The notes under the pieces are model-generated. The model was not told the origin of the DNA, searched no databases, and saw only the letters and a program-made list of their open reading frames with translations. The position numbers and the translations under genes are program-made. A stretch of DNA of 64,000 nt from an uncultured Deinococcaceae bacterium (lineage in GTDB: Bacteria > Deinococcota > Deinococci > Deinococcales > Deinococcaceae): positions 76,434 to 140,433 of the forward strand of contig CAXULY010000009.1 in the NCBI GenBank assembly GCA_964252075.1, given 5' to 3'. The first letter of the stretch is position 1, and every line of letters starts with the position of its first letter. This document shows, piece by piece, positions 26,281-35,836 of the stretch.

Positions 26281-26946
26281 GTGCGCATGTCGGTGGTGGT
26301 GCCCGCCCGCAACGAGCAGGATCGCCTGCCGGCCCTGCTGGCTGCGCTCGCCCGTCAGTCCCGCGTCCCGGACGAGGTGATCGTGGTGGACAACGCCAGT
26401 GCGGACGCCACGGCGGGCGTGGCGCGCGCGTGGGGCGCGCGCGTGGTGGTGTGCCCCGTGCCGGGCGTGGCGGGCGCGCGGCAGGCGGGTCTGCTTGCGG
26501 CGACTGGCGACTGGGTGGTGAGCACCGACGCGGACTCCACGCCCGGCGCCGCTTGGCTGGCGCGCCTGGAGGCGCACGCGGTGGGCGCGGTGGCGCTGTA
26601 CGGCCCCCTGCGCTTCAGCGAGGTGCACCCCCTCACGGCGCGCGCGTCGGAGGTGGGGTACCGGGCGTTCCTGGCGGCGTGCGCGCACCTGGGACGACCG
26701 AACCTCGCGGGCGCGAACATGGCCTTCACGCGCTCGGCGGCGCTCGCGGTGGGCGGCTGGCCGCAGCAGGAGGCCCGCGAGGACGTGGACCTCGGCCTGC
26801 GGCTGGCGCGCCTGGGGCCGCTGCGGTACGTGCCGGACGCCCTGGTGGAGACGTCCGCGCGGCGGTTGAGGGGCGGGTGGGGGCGGTTCCTGTGGCAGCA
26901 AGCGCGCAGCCTCAACGGTCGAACGTCAGGGTATTTCGACCCTTGA
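26281..26946 (+). CDS. Glycosyltransferase family 2
   Basis: [29 protein letters not shown]. Confidence 0.9.
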   Translation: MRMSVVVPARNEQDRLPALLAALARQSRVPDEVIVVDNASADATAGVARAWGARVVVCPVPGVAGARQAGLLAATGDWVVSTDADSTPGAAWLARLEAHAVGAVALYGPLRFSEVHPLTARASEVGYRAFLAACAHLGRPNLAGANMAFTRSAALAVGGWPQQEAREDVDLGLRLARLGPLRYVPDALVETSARRLRGGWGRFLWQQARSLNGRTSGYFDP

Positions 26947-28105
26947 AGTCCAGCGGCACGACCCCGCGCTGCTGGCGCCCCCCGTCCAGCAGTTCCTGGT
27001 AGAAGTCCAGCATGCGCTGCGCCATCTGGCTGGCGCTGGAGCCGGACGCGAAGGCGCGCGCACCCTGCGCGCGCGCCGCGCGGCGCGCGGGGTCCGAGAG
27101 CAGGGCGTTCACCTCGCGCGCCAGGGCGGCCTCGTCGCCGGGCGCGACGAGCGACCCGCTCACGCCGTGATGCACGCCGCCCAGCGTGCCCTGCGCGCCC
27201 ACCGCGACGACCGGCACGCCCACAACCTGCGCTTCCAGCAGCACGAGGCCCTGCGTTTCGGTGTCGCTCGCGAAACAGAACACCTCCGCCATGCGGTAGT
27301 ACGCGCCAATCTCGTCGTAGGGCACGGCCCCCAGGAAGGTCACGGCGTTCGCGATGCCGAGCGCGTCCGCTTCGGCGCGCAGTTCGGCCGCCTGAGGTCC
27401 GTCCCCGATCACGACGAGGTGCGCGTCGTGGTTGCGCCGGATGGCGACGAGCGTGCGCAGCAGCACGTCCATGCGTTTCTCGCGCCCCAGGCGTCCCACC
27501 GTGAGGAGGCGGCGCGCCCCGGCAGGCCAGGGGGAGGGCCGCTCGGGCGCCTCGCGCAGCACCGCGGCGTCCACGCCGGAGGGCAGCACGCGGGCGGGCC
27601 GCAGCACCCCGTAGCCCTCCAGGATGCAGCGGCTCTCCACGCTGGGCGCCACGATGAGGTCCGCGCGGGAGTAGAAGTGCCGTGCGATGCGCGCCACCGT
27701 CTGCGTGTGGCGGTTCACGCGTTCGAGGCCCGGCACGTAGTGCGTGTAGGCCTCGAAGTGCGTGTGGAAGGTCGAGACGTGCGGCGCGTTCATGCGCCGC
27801 GCGAGCCGCGCGCCCCACCAGCCCACCACCCACGGGGTGTGCGTGTGCACCACGTCGAAGTGACCGGGCAGGCGACGGCGCAGCGGCAGGCTCACGCGCT
27901 GGCGCGGCACGCCCGGCATGGGAAGGCTCGGGACGCGCACCACGCCGGAGGGGTCGTCCGTGGTGGCGGGCGTGGCGGGCGCGATCACCCACACGCTGTG
28001 CCCGCGCCGGCGCAACTCGCGCTGCAGCAGCAGCACGCTGGTTGAGACGCCGTTGGGGTCCGGGAGGAACACGTCCGTGAACAGCCCCACGCGCAGTGGA
28101 TTCAC
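26912..28105 (-). CDS. Glycosyltransferase family 4 (diacylglycerol glycosyltransferase-like)
   Basis: [37 protein letters not shown]. Confidence 0.9.
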   Translation of the reverse strand: MNPLRVGLFTDVFLPDPNGVSTSVLLLQRELRRRGHSVWVIAPATPATTDDPSGVVRVPSLPMPGVPRQRVSLPLRRRLPGHFDVVHTHTPWVVGWWGARLARRMNAPHVSTFHTHFEAYTHYVPGLERVNRHTQTVARIARHFYSRADLIVAPSVESRCILEGYGVLRPARVLPSGVDAAVLREAPERPSPWPAGARRLLTVGRLGREKRMDVLLRTLVAIRRNHDAHLVVIGDGPQAAELRAEADALGIANAVTFLGAVPYDEIGAYYRMAEVFCFASDTETQGLVLLEAQVVGVPVVAVGAQGTLGGVHHGVSGSLVAPGDEAALAREVNALLSDPARRAARAQGARAFASGSSASQMAQRMLDFYQELLDGGRQQRGVVPLDFKGRNTLTFDR

Positions 28106-28320
28106 GCGCGTCCCCCTGGGGTTCTGGACCTGCGGCCAATGGTCAGCACGGGGCGGCGGCCCCACAGCTCAGTGTCTCGTTGCTCGCCCACGTCATGCTC
28201 GCCCCCTGTCTACGCCTGCATGGTCTGCGGGGCGTAATGCGAACCTCATGCTCGCCCAAGCATGACATGTCAGCGGGGGGGCGTGCATCCTCCCTTTGAT
28301 GGAGTCGGGCTCACCCGGAG

Positions 28321-28356
28321 AAAAATAAGAAGACCCCGCCGGTACCGGCGGGGTCC
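28321..28356 (-). terminator. Intrinsic terminator after tRNA-Ala
   Basis: GACCCCGCCGG/CCGGCGGGGTC stem plus a U-rich tail on the minus strand. Confidence 0.75.
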
Positions 28357-28361
28357 TGTTC

Positions 28362-28437
<76 letters not shown>

Positions 28438-28448
28438 AGAGCTCAGAT

Positions 28449-28477
28449 AGGTTAGCAGCGACCCTGGGCCTTGTCAA
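28449..28477 (-). promoter_or_regulatory. Sigma70-type promoter of tRNA-Ala
   Basis: TTGACA-17-TAACCT with an extended TG. Confidence 0.8.
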
Positions 28478-28525
28478 CACGAATGTGCGCCCGGTGCGGT
28501 CACCGACGCCCGGCATAATGAGCCC

Positions 28526-28903
28526 ATGATGAACGAAGGGCAAAGAACCGGCTGGCTCACGGGCGCCCTGTGCCTCGCCGCGCTGCTGTGCGGCGGCTGG
28601 GCGCTCTGGCCCAGCCTGCAGCCCACGCCGCACGCCCCCACCGTGACGCGCCACGACCTGCCCACCGCCGACGCCACCCCGGACGCCGCGCCGCCCGCCA
28701 CCGCCAGCATTCGCGCGGTGGGCCGCGTGCGCCTGAACACCGCCAGCGAGGCGGACATCGAGGACCTGCCGGGCGTCGGGCCGAAGATGGCCGCGCGCCT
28801 CATTGCGGGCCGCCCCTACGCCACCCTGGCGGACGTGGACCGCGTGAAGGGCGTCGGGCCGAAGATGCTGGCGCAACTCGCGCCGCTGGTGCAGGTGCCG
28901 TGA
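28526..28903 (+). CDS. comEA: ComEA-like helix-hairpin-helix DNA receptor
   Basis: TM, then [17 protein letters not shown]...VKGVGPK; coupled to comEC. Confidence 0.9.
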   Translation: MMNEGQRTGWLTGALCLAALLCGGWALWPSLQPTPHAPTVTRHDLPTADATPDAAPPATASIRAVGRVRLNTASEADIEDLPGVGPKMAARLIAGRPYATLADVDRVKGVGPKMLAQLAPLVQVP

Positions 28904-30615
28904 CGGAACTCGGGCGTCAGGGTGGCGAACCGCGCGCCGCCCAGCCGGCCACCACGCCGCTCGCGCCGGTCTTCCCGCTGAGCTGGCCGGTGCCGCTGGC
29001 GCTCGGCGTCATCGCGGGCGCGCTGCTGGGCTTCGGGCTGTGGTGGGGCCTGCTCGTGGCCCTCGCGCCTATGGCACTCGCCGCGCGCTTCCGGGCGTGG
29101 CCGCTGGTGGCGCTGTGCCTGCTGGGCGTGAGCGTGGGCGCGCTGCGGGAACGCCAGTGGTGGCTCGCCCCGGACGCCACGGCGCCCTGGCTGGGCCAGC
29201 AGGTGACCGTGCAGGGCGACTGGGACGGGCAGTTCCTGCACCTCCGGACGCCCGATGCGCGCGTCGCGCTGCGCCCACGCCCCACCCTTGAGCCCGGCAC
29301 GCTCACCGTGCGGGGGCGTCTGGTGCGCCCAGAGGGGCGGCGCATTCCCGGCGGCTTCGACGACGCCTTCTGGCTGCGCGTGCAGGGCGTGCGGGCGGTG
29401 TTGGCGGGCGCGCAGGTGCGGCGCAGCGCCCCCGCGGGCGGCCTGCGCGGGTGGTTCCGGCGCGGGCTCAGCGTGGGCCTCGACGACCGCCGGGCCGCCC
29501 TCATGACCGCCATCGAGCTGGGCGACAAGGGTGACCTCGCCGCGCAGACCTTCGAGGACGGCGCGGACATCCAGCAGGCCTTCGCACGCGCCGGACTGGC
29601 GCACCTCATGGCCCTCAGCGGCCAGAACGTCGCGATCCTCGTGACCGCCCTGACGTTCCTGCTCGCCCGCACGCGCCTCAAGCTGTGGCGTTACCCGCTG
29701 CTGCTCGCGGCGCTCATGGGGTACCTGTGGCTGGTCGGTCCCAGCCCCAGCGTGACGCGCGCAGTCATCATGGCGGGCCTCGCGGTGCTCGGGCTGTGGG
29801 TGGGGCGCGGGCGGCTGGACCTCTTCGCGGTGCTGGGCCTCGCCGCCACCGGGAGCCTGATGTGGCACCCCGGCTGGCTCTTCGACGTGGGCTTCCAGCT
29901 GTCGTTCCTCGCGGTGCTGGGCCTCACGCTCTCCGGGCGCCTCGCGGCGCGCCTGCCCCCGCGCTGGCCGCGGTGGCTGCGCTACGGCCTGAGCGCCACC
30001 GTGCTCGCCGAGGCGGCCACCCTGCCCGTGAGCGCCGGCGCCTTCCATCAGGTGTCCCTCGTGAACCTGCCCGCCAACCTGCTCGCCGAGCCCCTCATGG
30101 CAGCGCTCGTCCCGCTGGGCTTCGTGGCGGGCCTGCTCGGGCCGCTCGCCGCACCCCTGAACGCCCTCACCGGCCTGCTCGCCAACGCCCTCCTGACCCT
30201 GGCCGGGACCGCCGGGCGCCTCCCGACGCTGCCGTGGGGCACGGTCGGCGCGGCGGGCTTCGCGGCGTACGCGGTGTTCGCACTGGCCGGCGCGCTGTGG
30301 CTCACCGGGCGCCTGCCCGCGCGCGGCCTGCTGGCCGTCACGCTGCTGTGCACGCTCGGCACCGCGCTGCCCGCCCGGCTGCACCCCACGCGCGAGGTGG
30401 TGTACCTGGACGTCGGGCAGGGCGACAGCACCCTGCTGCGCCTGGATGGCCTCACGGTCCTCGTGGACGGCGGCGGCACCCCACGCGGCGACTACGATGT
30501 CGGCGCCGGCACCGTCGTCCCCGCCCTGAGGGCCATGGGGGTGAACCGCCTGGACACCATCGTGGCCACCCACGCTGTCTCAGCGCGTGACGTTGATCAC
30601 GCCAGGGGTTTGTAG
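28900..30615 (+). pseudogene. comEC: ComEC/Rec2 DNA-uptake channel, interrupted by the prophage in its metallo-beta-lactamase domain
   Basis: [45 protein letters not shown]; breaks at VATHA into non-homologous [12 protein letters not shown]. Confidence 0.9.
30560..30602. other. Probable attL junction (crossover near 30575-30577)
   Basis: ComEC homology ends at CACGCTG; integrase stop lies 20 bp away; inverted repeat GCGTGA-cgttga-TCACGC at 30585-30602. Confidence 0.7.
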
Positions 30616-32081
30616 TCGATCAGCTCCACCGTGACGGGCGGACGCGGCAGCCCGCGCGCCCGGCCCCGGCTCTCGCCGTGCGCCTTGCCCACGATGCCGT
30701 AACGGTCCAGCAGCTCGGCGAGCATGGCGGGGGGCGCGCGCCGCGCGAGGTCCGCGAGGTGCGACAGGTCCGGGATCTCCACGGCGTCCGGCACCACCTG
30801 GGGGACCGGCGCGAGTGAGCGCACGCGCGCGGTGAGCGCCGCGTACTGGGCTTCGTAGGCGGGGCGGCTCACCAGTCCCTTCAGGCGGAGGTCCAGCAGC
30901 TCCGCCAGCATGGCTTCCGCGTCTGCGCGTTCCTGCGCGTGCGGGTCTTCGGGCGGCGCGCCCACGAACGCTGCGCGGATGCGCAGCGGGTCCTGGCGGT
31001 TCGTGAACAGCTCCGCCAGCGCCTCGAGGTACGCGGCCTCCAGGGCGTCCGCGTTCCACAATCGCCGAATCTTGCCGTTGCTGGGGCAGGTGGGCGTGCC
31101 GCGGTGCGTGGAGCCGCACATGTAGTAGCGGTGCACGGTGTGGGTCTCGCGCGCGACGGGCGGCTGAAAGCCCTGCAGCCGGTTCCCACAGGTGCACACC
31201 ACGTGCCCGGTGAGCGGGTACTTGTCCGGGTTCGTGTGGCTGCGGTACCCGGTACCGCGCGCCTGGACGCGCGCCCACTGCTCCGGATGGATGAGGGGCG
31301 GCACGGGAATCACGATGCGTTCCCGGTCCTGGCGGTACACCAGCTCGCCCTTGTACGCAGGGTTGCGCAGCAGGGCGTGCACGGTCGTGTTGTCCCAGGT
31401 CTTCAGGCCGCGCGGGCTGGCGTGCCCCTCCGCCTCGAGGTGCCCCGCGATGGCGCGCAGCGGCAGGGTCTCGCGCAGCTGGTACAGGCGGCGGATGGCG
31501 CGCGCCTCCACCTCATCCCACACGGGGCGCCCGTCCTCATCGGCGGTGAGGGCGTGCGGCAGGGCCATGCTGCCCTGCGGGAGTCTCCCCTCCCGCGCGG
31601 CCTGCAACCGGCCCAGCTCGCTGCGCTCGCGCATCTGCTCGGATTCCATGAGGGCCAGCTCCGCGAGGATCACCAGCAGCAGCCGCCCCGTGGGCGTGCT
31701 GGAGTCCAGCTGCTCTTTCAGGAGCACCAGGCGCGCGCCCGCCTGCTGGATGCGCTCCACCAGGGCGAGCGTTTGCATGGCGCCGCCGCGCGCGAGGCGC
31801 GACAGGGCGTAGGTGGCCACGGTGTCCCCGGGCCGCACCTGCGTCAGCAGCGCCTCGAGGCCGGGCCGCAGGTTGTGCCGCCCGCTGATCCCGGCATCCT
31901 CGAAGATGGGTTCCACCAACTCCAGCCGCTGGTACTCCGCCCACCGCCGCAGCTCATGCGCCTGCGCGGCCAGGCTGTAGCCTTCCTCCGCCTGCGCGCC
32001 GGTGGACACGCGCGTGTAGCCCAGCACCCGCCCGGAGGTGGGCGCCGGGTCAGCAGTCTGCTTCGAGCGTGCGCTGGGCAT
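30597..32081 (-). CDS. Large serine recombinase (phage integrase)
   Basis: GYTRVST catalytic Ser, SRLAR, recombinase domain NPAYKG, zinc ribbon CTCG...YYMC...C, coiled coil. Confidence 0.95.
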   Translation of the reverse strand: MPSARSKQTADPAPTSGRVLGYTRVSTGAQAEEGYSLAAQAHELRRWAEYQRLELVEPIFEDAGISGRHNLRPGLEALLTQVRPGDTVATYALSRLARGGAMQTLALVERIQQAGARLVLLKEQLDSSTPTGRLLLVILAELALMESEQMRERSELGRLQAAREGRLPQGSMALPHALTADEDGRPVWDEVEARAIRRLYQLRETLPLRAIAGHLEAEGHASPRGLKTWDNTTVHALLRNPAYKGELVYRQDRERIVIPVPPLIHPEQWARVQARGTGYRSHTNPDKYPLTGHVVCTCGNRLQGFQPPVARETHTVHRYYMCGSTHRGTPTCPSNGKIRRLWNADALEAAYLEALAELFTNRQDPLRIRAAFVGAPPEDPHAQERADAEAMLAELLDLRLKGLVSRPAYEAQYAALTARVRSLAPVPQVVPDAVEIPDLSHLADLARRAPPAMLAELLDRYGIVGKAHGESRGRARGLPRPPVTVELIDYKPLA

Positions 32082-32770
32082 CAGTTTGCGGGGAACGGTA
32101 CGCCGTTCCGAATCGTGATGACGCCCCGACCAAAGTCCAAGCCTATGTAGTCAAACGCGCGATGTTCACCCTTAAGAAACATCTCAACAAGGCTGCCCGA
32201 GTTGGCTTTTACTGGAGTCAACGTATTATTAAAGAACAAAGGCTGAATATCTCCCCCGTCAACCTTGACTCCAATCGCCACTTGATCAAGCAATTTCCCA
32301 TACGGCTCATAAGCAAGTTTTATTTGTCCATTATCGAGCGTAAAAAACACGCGGGCCTGATACCAGTCCTGTCTGATATTTGGATAAACATATCCGCCTG
32401 CGTAAGCCAGCACAATTGCATTGGGCGTCGCCTCGAAACTCCCTCCATCACCTCTAAAGGGTGAAACGACAAGGGGCAGTATTTTGCTTATTGGTCCCTC
32501 AATCTTGAATTCGTCGTGGGTCGATGACGCCACCACCCCATTGCAGTTGTACTCATATGGCAGAACCACATAATCCGTTTTCGCGGGATCAGGAAACTTA
32601 GCTGGGGTTGTCAAATAAGCGCTCGCCAGAACAATCTCATTTCCTCTATCGAATGAAATCAAATCCAACGAACGATAGCCAAACCGCACTTGCTTGTCAC
32701 ATGGGACGATCTGCTGAGCCCCTGCGCTGGCGAGCATGACGAAAAGGGAAACCATCGCGAGCGGTTTCAT
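32081..32770 (-). CDS. AT-richer secreted protein of unknown function in the immunity operon
   Basis: Signal peptide (ASAGA-Q); GGAGG SD; visibly lower GC; stop overlaps the integrase ATG. Confidence 0.75.
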   Translation of the reverse strand: MKPLAMVSLFVMLASAGAQQIVPCDKQVRFGYRSLDLISFDRGNEIVLASAYLTTPAKFPDPAKTDYVVLPYEYNCNGVVASSTHDEFKIEGPISKILPLVVSPFRGDGGSFEATPNAIVLAYAGGYVYPNIRQDWYQARVFFTLDNGQIKLAYEPYGKLLDQVAIGVKVDGGDIQPLFFNNTLTPVKANSGSLVEMFLKGEHRAFDYIGLDFGRGVITIRNGVPFPAN

Positions 32771-32778
32771 ATGACCTC

Positions 32779-33417
32779 CTAGGGCACGAACATGCCCACC
32801 ATGCCCACGCCCGGCACCGTGATCACCTTGGCCTGAGGCAGCACCTGGTTCACTTCCGGCACGCGGTCGTGAGGTCGAAAGGGCGCAGGCATGTTGTGCG
32901 CCTCCACCTTCTTCACGTAACTGCCCGCCATGACGAAGGCGGCGCGCTCGCCGTCCGGGTCGTCATGCGCCCAGCGCGTCAGGATGGTGTCTACCGAAAC
33001 GCGCGCCTCCCGGCGCGCGTCCATCAGCCCCGCAGGGCCGTACCCGTTGGCTCTCAGGGCGCGTTGCAGCACGGGCCGCGGCACCTGGAGCACGCCCATC
33101 GTGAGGCGGCACAGCCGCTCAACCATCCGCCGCGCCTCTTGGTCGTCGGCCACGGTGGACATGACGTCATCTTCAATGCCAGTCAGCAGCACGATGAGGT
33201 GCGCGATTTCGTGGAAGGCCTGCGCGCTGCGGGACCAGCCGATCACGTCTGGGGCCAGCACGATGCTGGGCGGTGGGCCGGGCACGACCGAGCTGCGTTC
33301 GCCGAGTCGTATTCCGATGCCCAGGCGCTGGCAGATGCGGTGAATGTTGCGGTCGTAGTCCACCCTGCGGTGCAATCGGTCCGCGACCTGCACGCACGCG
33401 CCTGACCAGTCGTCCAT
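32779..33417 (-). CDS. ImmA/IrrE family Zn metalloprotease
   Basis: HEIAH plus downstream ERLC; HTH-like GPAGLMDARREARVS; ATG overlaps the repressor stop. Confidence 0.85.
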   Translation of the reverse strand: MDDWSGACVQVADRLHRRVDYDRNIHRICQRLGIGIRLGERSSVVPGPPPSIVLAPDVIGWSRSAQAFHEIAHLIVLLTGIEDDVMSTVADDQEARRMVERLCRLTMGVLQVPRPVLQRALRANGYGPAGLMDARREARVSVDTILTRWAHDDPDGERAAFVMAGSYVKKVEAHNMPAPFRPHDRVPEVNQVLPQAKVITVPGVGMVGMFVP

Positions 33418-33926
33418 CAGTTGTCCTTCTCCAGCCACTTCCTGATGGACAGGTAGAAGGCCAGCCATTCCTTCGGTGTCTGAGGTGTGTTGTAAAAGCG
33501 GGCGTTGCTGAGCTGGTACCGCACATGCTCGGTGCGGAGTCCCGGCCACTCTTCGCCGTAGCGGTCCATCGCCTCCTGCAGCGCCTCCGGCACCTCATAG
33601 GAGCGGCGGGCGGGCAGCTGCGGCCGGAACAGGTCTTCCAGGTCGTCATCAGGGCTGGGCGTGTAAAGCCCGGTTTTCTCGGTCCAGACCTCTCTGCTCC
33701 AGCCCAGGACCACACGCAGACCCTCGCGGACTTCCACGGAGGCGCGGGCCAGGGGCGCACGGCCACTCTCCAGCTTGTTCAGGTAGTCGGCGGTGATGTC
33801 CACCCCATACCGTTTCATCTCGGTGATGAACGCGGGGCGGTTCAGACCCAGGTCCAGGCGCCTCTCTTTGATGAGGTCTCCGTGGGCTTTGGCGCGTGCA
33901 TCAACGTCGCTCACACCGTCACCCAT
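33417..33926 (-). CDS. XRE-family prophage repressor with a DdrO-like C-terminal domain (start uncertain: 33914, 33926 or further upstream)
   Basis: GDLIKERRLDLGL...YLNKLESG HTH; divergent from cro. Confidence 0.85.
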   Translation of the reverse strand: MGDGVSDVDARAKAHGDLIKERRLDLGLNRPAFITEMKRYGVDITADYLNKLESGRAPLARASVEVREGLRVVLGWSREVWTEKTGLYTPSPDDDLEDLFRPQLPARRSYEVPEALQEAMDRYGEEWPGLRTEHVRYQLSNARFYNTPQTPKEWLAFYLSIRKWLEKDN

Positions 33927-34057
33927 TGGGGCGGTCCAGGCGCTTGATTTCGGTGAGCGAAGGATGAGGGTCACGAAACCCCATACGGGGAGTGTACTCA
34001 AATGGTTCCAGAATGGGCCGAAATGGGGCCTATCTTGGGATCAATCCCTAACTGTTA

Positions 34058-34086
34058 TTGACCCCATTTGGATACAGTCGTATTCT
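34058..34086 (+). promoter_or_regulatory. Early lytic promoter (leaderless cro transcript)
   Basis: TTGACC-17-TATTCT, with ATG 6 nt later. Confidence 0.8.
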
Positions 34087-34092
34087 ATTCCC

Positions 34093-34296
34093 ATGCCAGA
34101 GGTGAACACCCCTTCACAGGCGGCGCAGGCCGCGATGAAAGAACGCGGCATTTCTGCCCGCTGGCTGGCGAAAAAGCTGGGTATGAAGCCGCGCACCGTC
34201 CTCGACTTCCTCAATGATCGGCGCGAAACGCGCCCCAGCACGCGCATTTCCATTTGCCGCGAGTTGGGAATAGATCAAGAACAGAAGGCCTCGTGA
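34093..34296 (+). CDS. Cro-like HTH protein
   Basis: 67 aa, MKERGISARWLAKKLGMKPRTVLDFLN. Confidence 0.85.
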   Translation: MPEVNTPSQAAQAAMKERGISARWLAKKLGMKPRTVLDFLNDRRETRPSTRISICRELGIDQEQKAS

Positions 34297-34427
34297 TCGC
34301 GGCCCTTCGCCTCTGGTGGGCCCTTCGGCAAGACCGGAACAAGCCCATGACGCCCGCGCAGAAGGTGGTCTACGACCGCACGCGCGCCGCCGCGCACCAG
34401 CAGCCCTTCGGGCGGTTCCACAAGTGA
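34293..34427 (+). CDS. Small hypothetical phage protein
   Basis: GTGA overlaps at both ends (manual translation). Confidence 0.45.
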   Translation: MIAALRLWWALRQDRNKPMTPAQKVVYDRTRAAAHQQPFGRFHK

Positions 34428-34579
34428 ACGCCGAGGCCCGCTGGCTGCTCGATTGGGTGCGCCGCGCGGAAGCGGCCATCGCCGAGCGCCACACCACACC
34501 GAACACCACGAAGGCCGCTGAGACCAACCCCAGGGCAGCAGCGGCCCCTGTTAAGGCCACCTCGCGCAGAAGCGCGTGA
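34424..34579 (+). CDS. Small hypothetical phage protein
   Basis: GTG coupled to the preceding stop. Confidence 0.45.
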   Translation: MNAEARWLLDWVRRAEAAIAERHTTPNTTKAAETNPRAAAAPVKATSRRSA

Positions 34580-34635
34580 AAAGGCAACCGGCGCCATGTG
34601 GGGTAGCAGCCCAGGCGCCGGTCAAAGGAGTTGAG

Positions 34636-35019
34636 ATGATCGTATCACCGCAGCAAGGCAAGACGTCTTCCCAGCACAGCGAGCGCTGCGCCCTGTGCGC
34701 GCGCAAGCTGGTCCGCCCCGGCACCGTGGTGCCCGCGCTGGGCGTGGTGGGCCCGGAGTGCCAGAAGCACGTGGGTGACGCCCTCGCGTACCTCCAGGCC
34801 GCGGGCCTGGGCGCGCTGATCCTGACGGGTGAGGCGCGCATCCCCATGACGCGCAACGCGGACAGCACGCTGAGCATTCCCCAGGCCGCGCTGGACCTCG
34901 TGGCGGCAGGCAAGCGCGTGGGCCTGAGCATCGCGGGCCGCGTGCAGCCGCGCGAGTGGGTGGCGCGCCTCGCGGACCCCCGCCAGCTGCTCGCCCTCCT
35001 CAAGCGGCGGGCCGCATGA
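34636..35019 (+). CDS. Phage zinc-finger protein (DUF6011-like)
   Basis: AAGGAG SD; CALCARKL...GVVGPEC. Confidence 0.6.
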   Translation: MIVSPQQGKTSSQHSERCALCARKLVRPGTVVPALGVVGPECQKHVGDALAYLQAAGLGALILTGEARIPMTRNADSTLSIPQAALDLVAAGKRVGLSIAGRVQPREWVARLADPRQLLALLKRRAA

Positions 35020-35258
35020 GCGCCGGGGACCAGCCCGCCTTCGCGCGCCCGGCGGTGCCCGTGGATGGTGACGACCTGATGCGCGACTTCTACGGCAGCC
35101 AGAGCGGCCTGACGAAGCGTGAATACTTCGCCGCCGCCGCCCTCCAGGGCCTCGCGGCGGGTCCCGCCATCACGGTCATGAAGCCGGGCAATGTTGCGCA
35201 GTACGCGGTGGACCTGGCAGACCTCACGCTGGCCGCGCTCGAGCGGAGTCAGCCGTGA
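35016..35258 (+). CDS. Conserved small phage protein
   Basis: PAF...GLTKREYFAAAALQG motif, common in phage early genes. Confidence 0.7.
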   Translation: MSAGDQPAFARPAVPVDGDDLMRDFYGSQSGLTKREYFAAAALQGLAAGPAITVMKPGNVAQYAVDLADLTLAALERSQP

Positions 35259-35458
35259 GCGGGCTGTTCTCCGTGTGGCGCTGCGACCACTACAGCGGTC
35301 AGGAAGACCTCGTGGGGGACGGCATGACCAGTGAGGAAGCCGAGAAGCTGGCGGACGAACTGGAGCAGGCGGAGTACGACAACTGCCTGGACGCCGAAGA
35401 GGAGCGCGCCCTCTCCTGCCGCCTCGGGTACGACATTCGCGCGGCGGTCCAGCCGTGA
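35255..35458 (+). CDS. Hypothetical acidic phage protein
   Basis: Coupled ORF with phage codon usage. Confidence 0.6.
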   Translation: MSGLFSVWRCDHYSGQEDLVGDGMTSEEAEKLADELEQAEYDNCLDAEEERALSCRLGYDIRAAVQP

Positions 35459-35549
35459 TCGCCGCGCTGTTGCTCGCGGTGGTGCTCGTGTTCGTGGCTG
35501 CCGCCGTCCGCATGTCCGGCCTGGGCACCCAGCGCCTGGAGGACCGCTG

Positions 35550-35777
35550 ATGCGCGCCTACACCCTCACGCGGTTCGGCCTCACGCCGCGCGGCACCGCC
35601 CTGGTCCTGGGCTTCACCGTCGCGGGCCTCGCGCTGTTCCTCGCGGCCTGCCGCCAGCTCCAGCACCTGCACGCCCTGACGGACGTGGGGCTGCTCATCG
35701 TGTACGTCCTGGGCTTCATCAGTAGCGGCTACGGCGTGCACGTCATCCAGGAACTGACCGAAGAGACCACCGGTTAA
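35550..35777 (+). CDS. Small 2-TM phage protein
   Basis: GGAGGA SD; two hydrophobic segments. Confidence 0.6.
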   Translation: MRAYTLTRFGLTPRGTALVLGFTVAGLALFLAACRQLQHLHALTDVGLLIVYVLGFISSGYGVHVIQELTEETTG

Positions 35778-35788
35778 CCCCGCCCACA

Positions 35789-35815
35789 GCCCCGCGCCCG
35801 CATGAGGCGCGGGGC
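35789..35815 (+). terminator. GC-rich hairpin
   Basis: GCCCCGCGCC-7-GGCGCGGGGC with a weak U-tail. Confidence 0.5.
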
Positions 35816-35836
35816 GTTCTCACCCCAGGAGAGGCC

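Noticed and set aside
30577..30583. GTCTCAG resemblance to the Bxb1 attP core
   Set aside because: Only 7 bp and recalled from memory; compatible with chance
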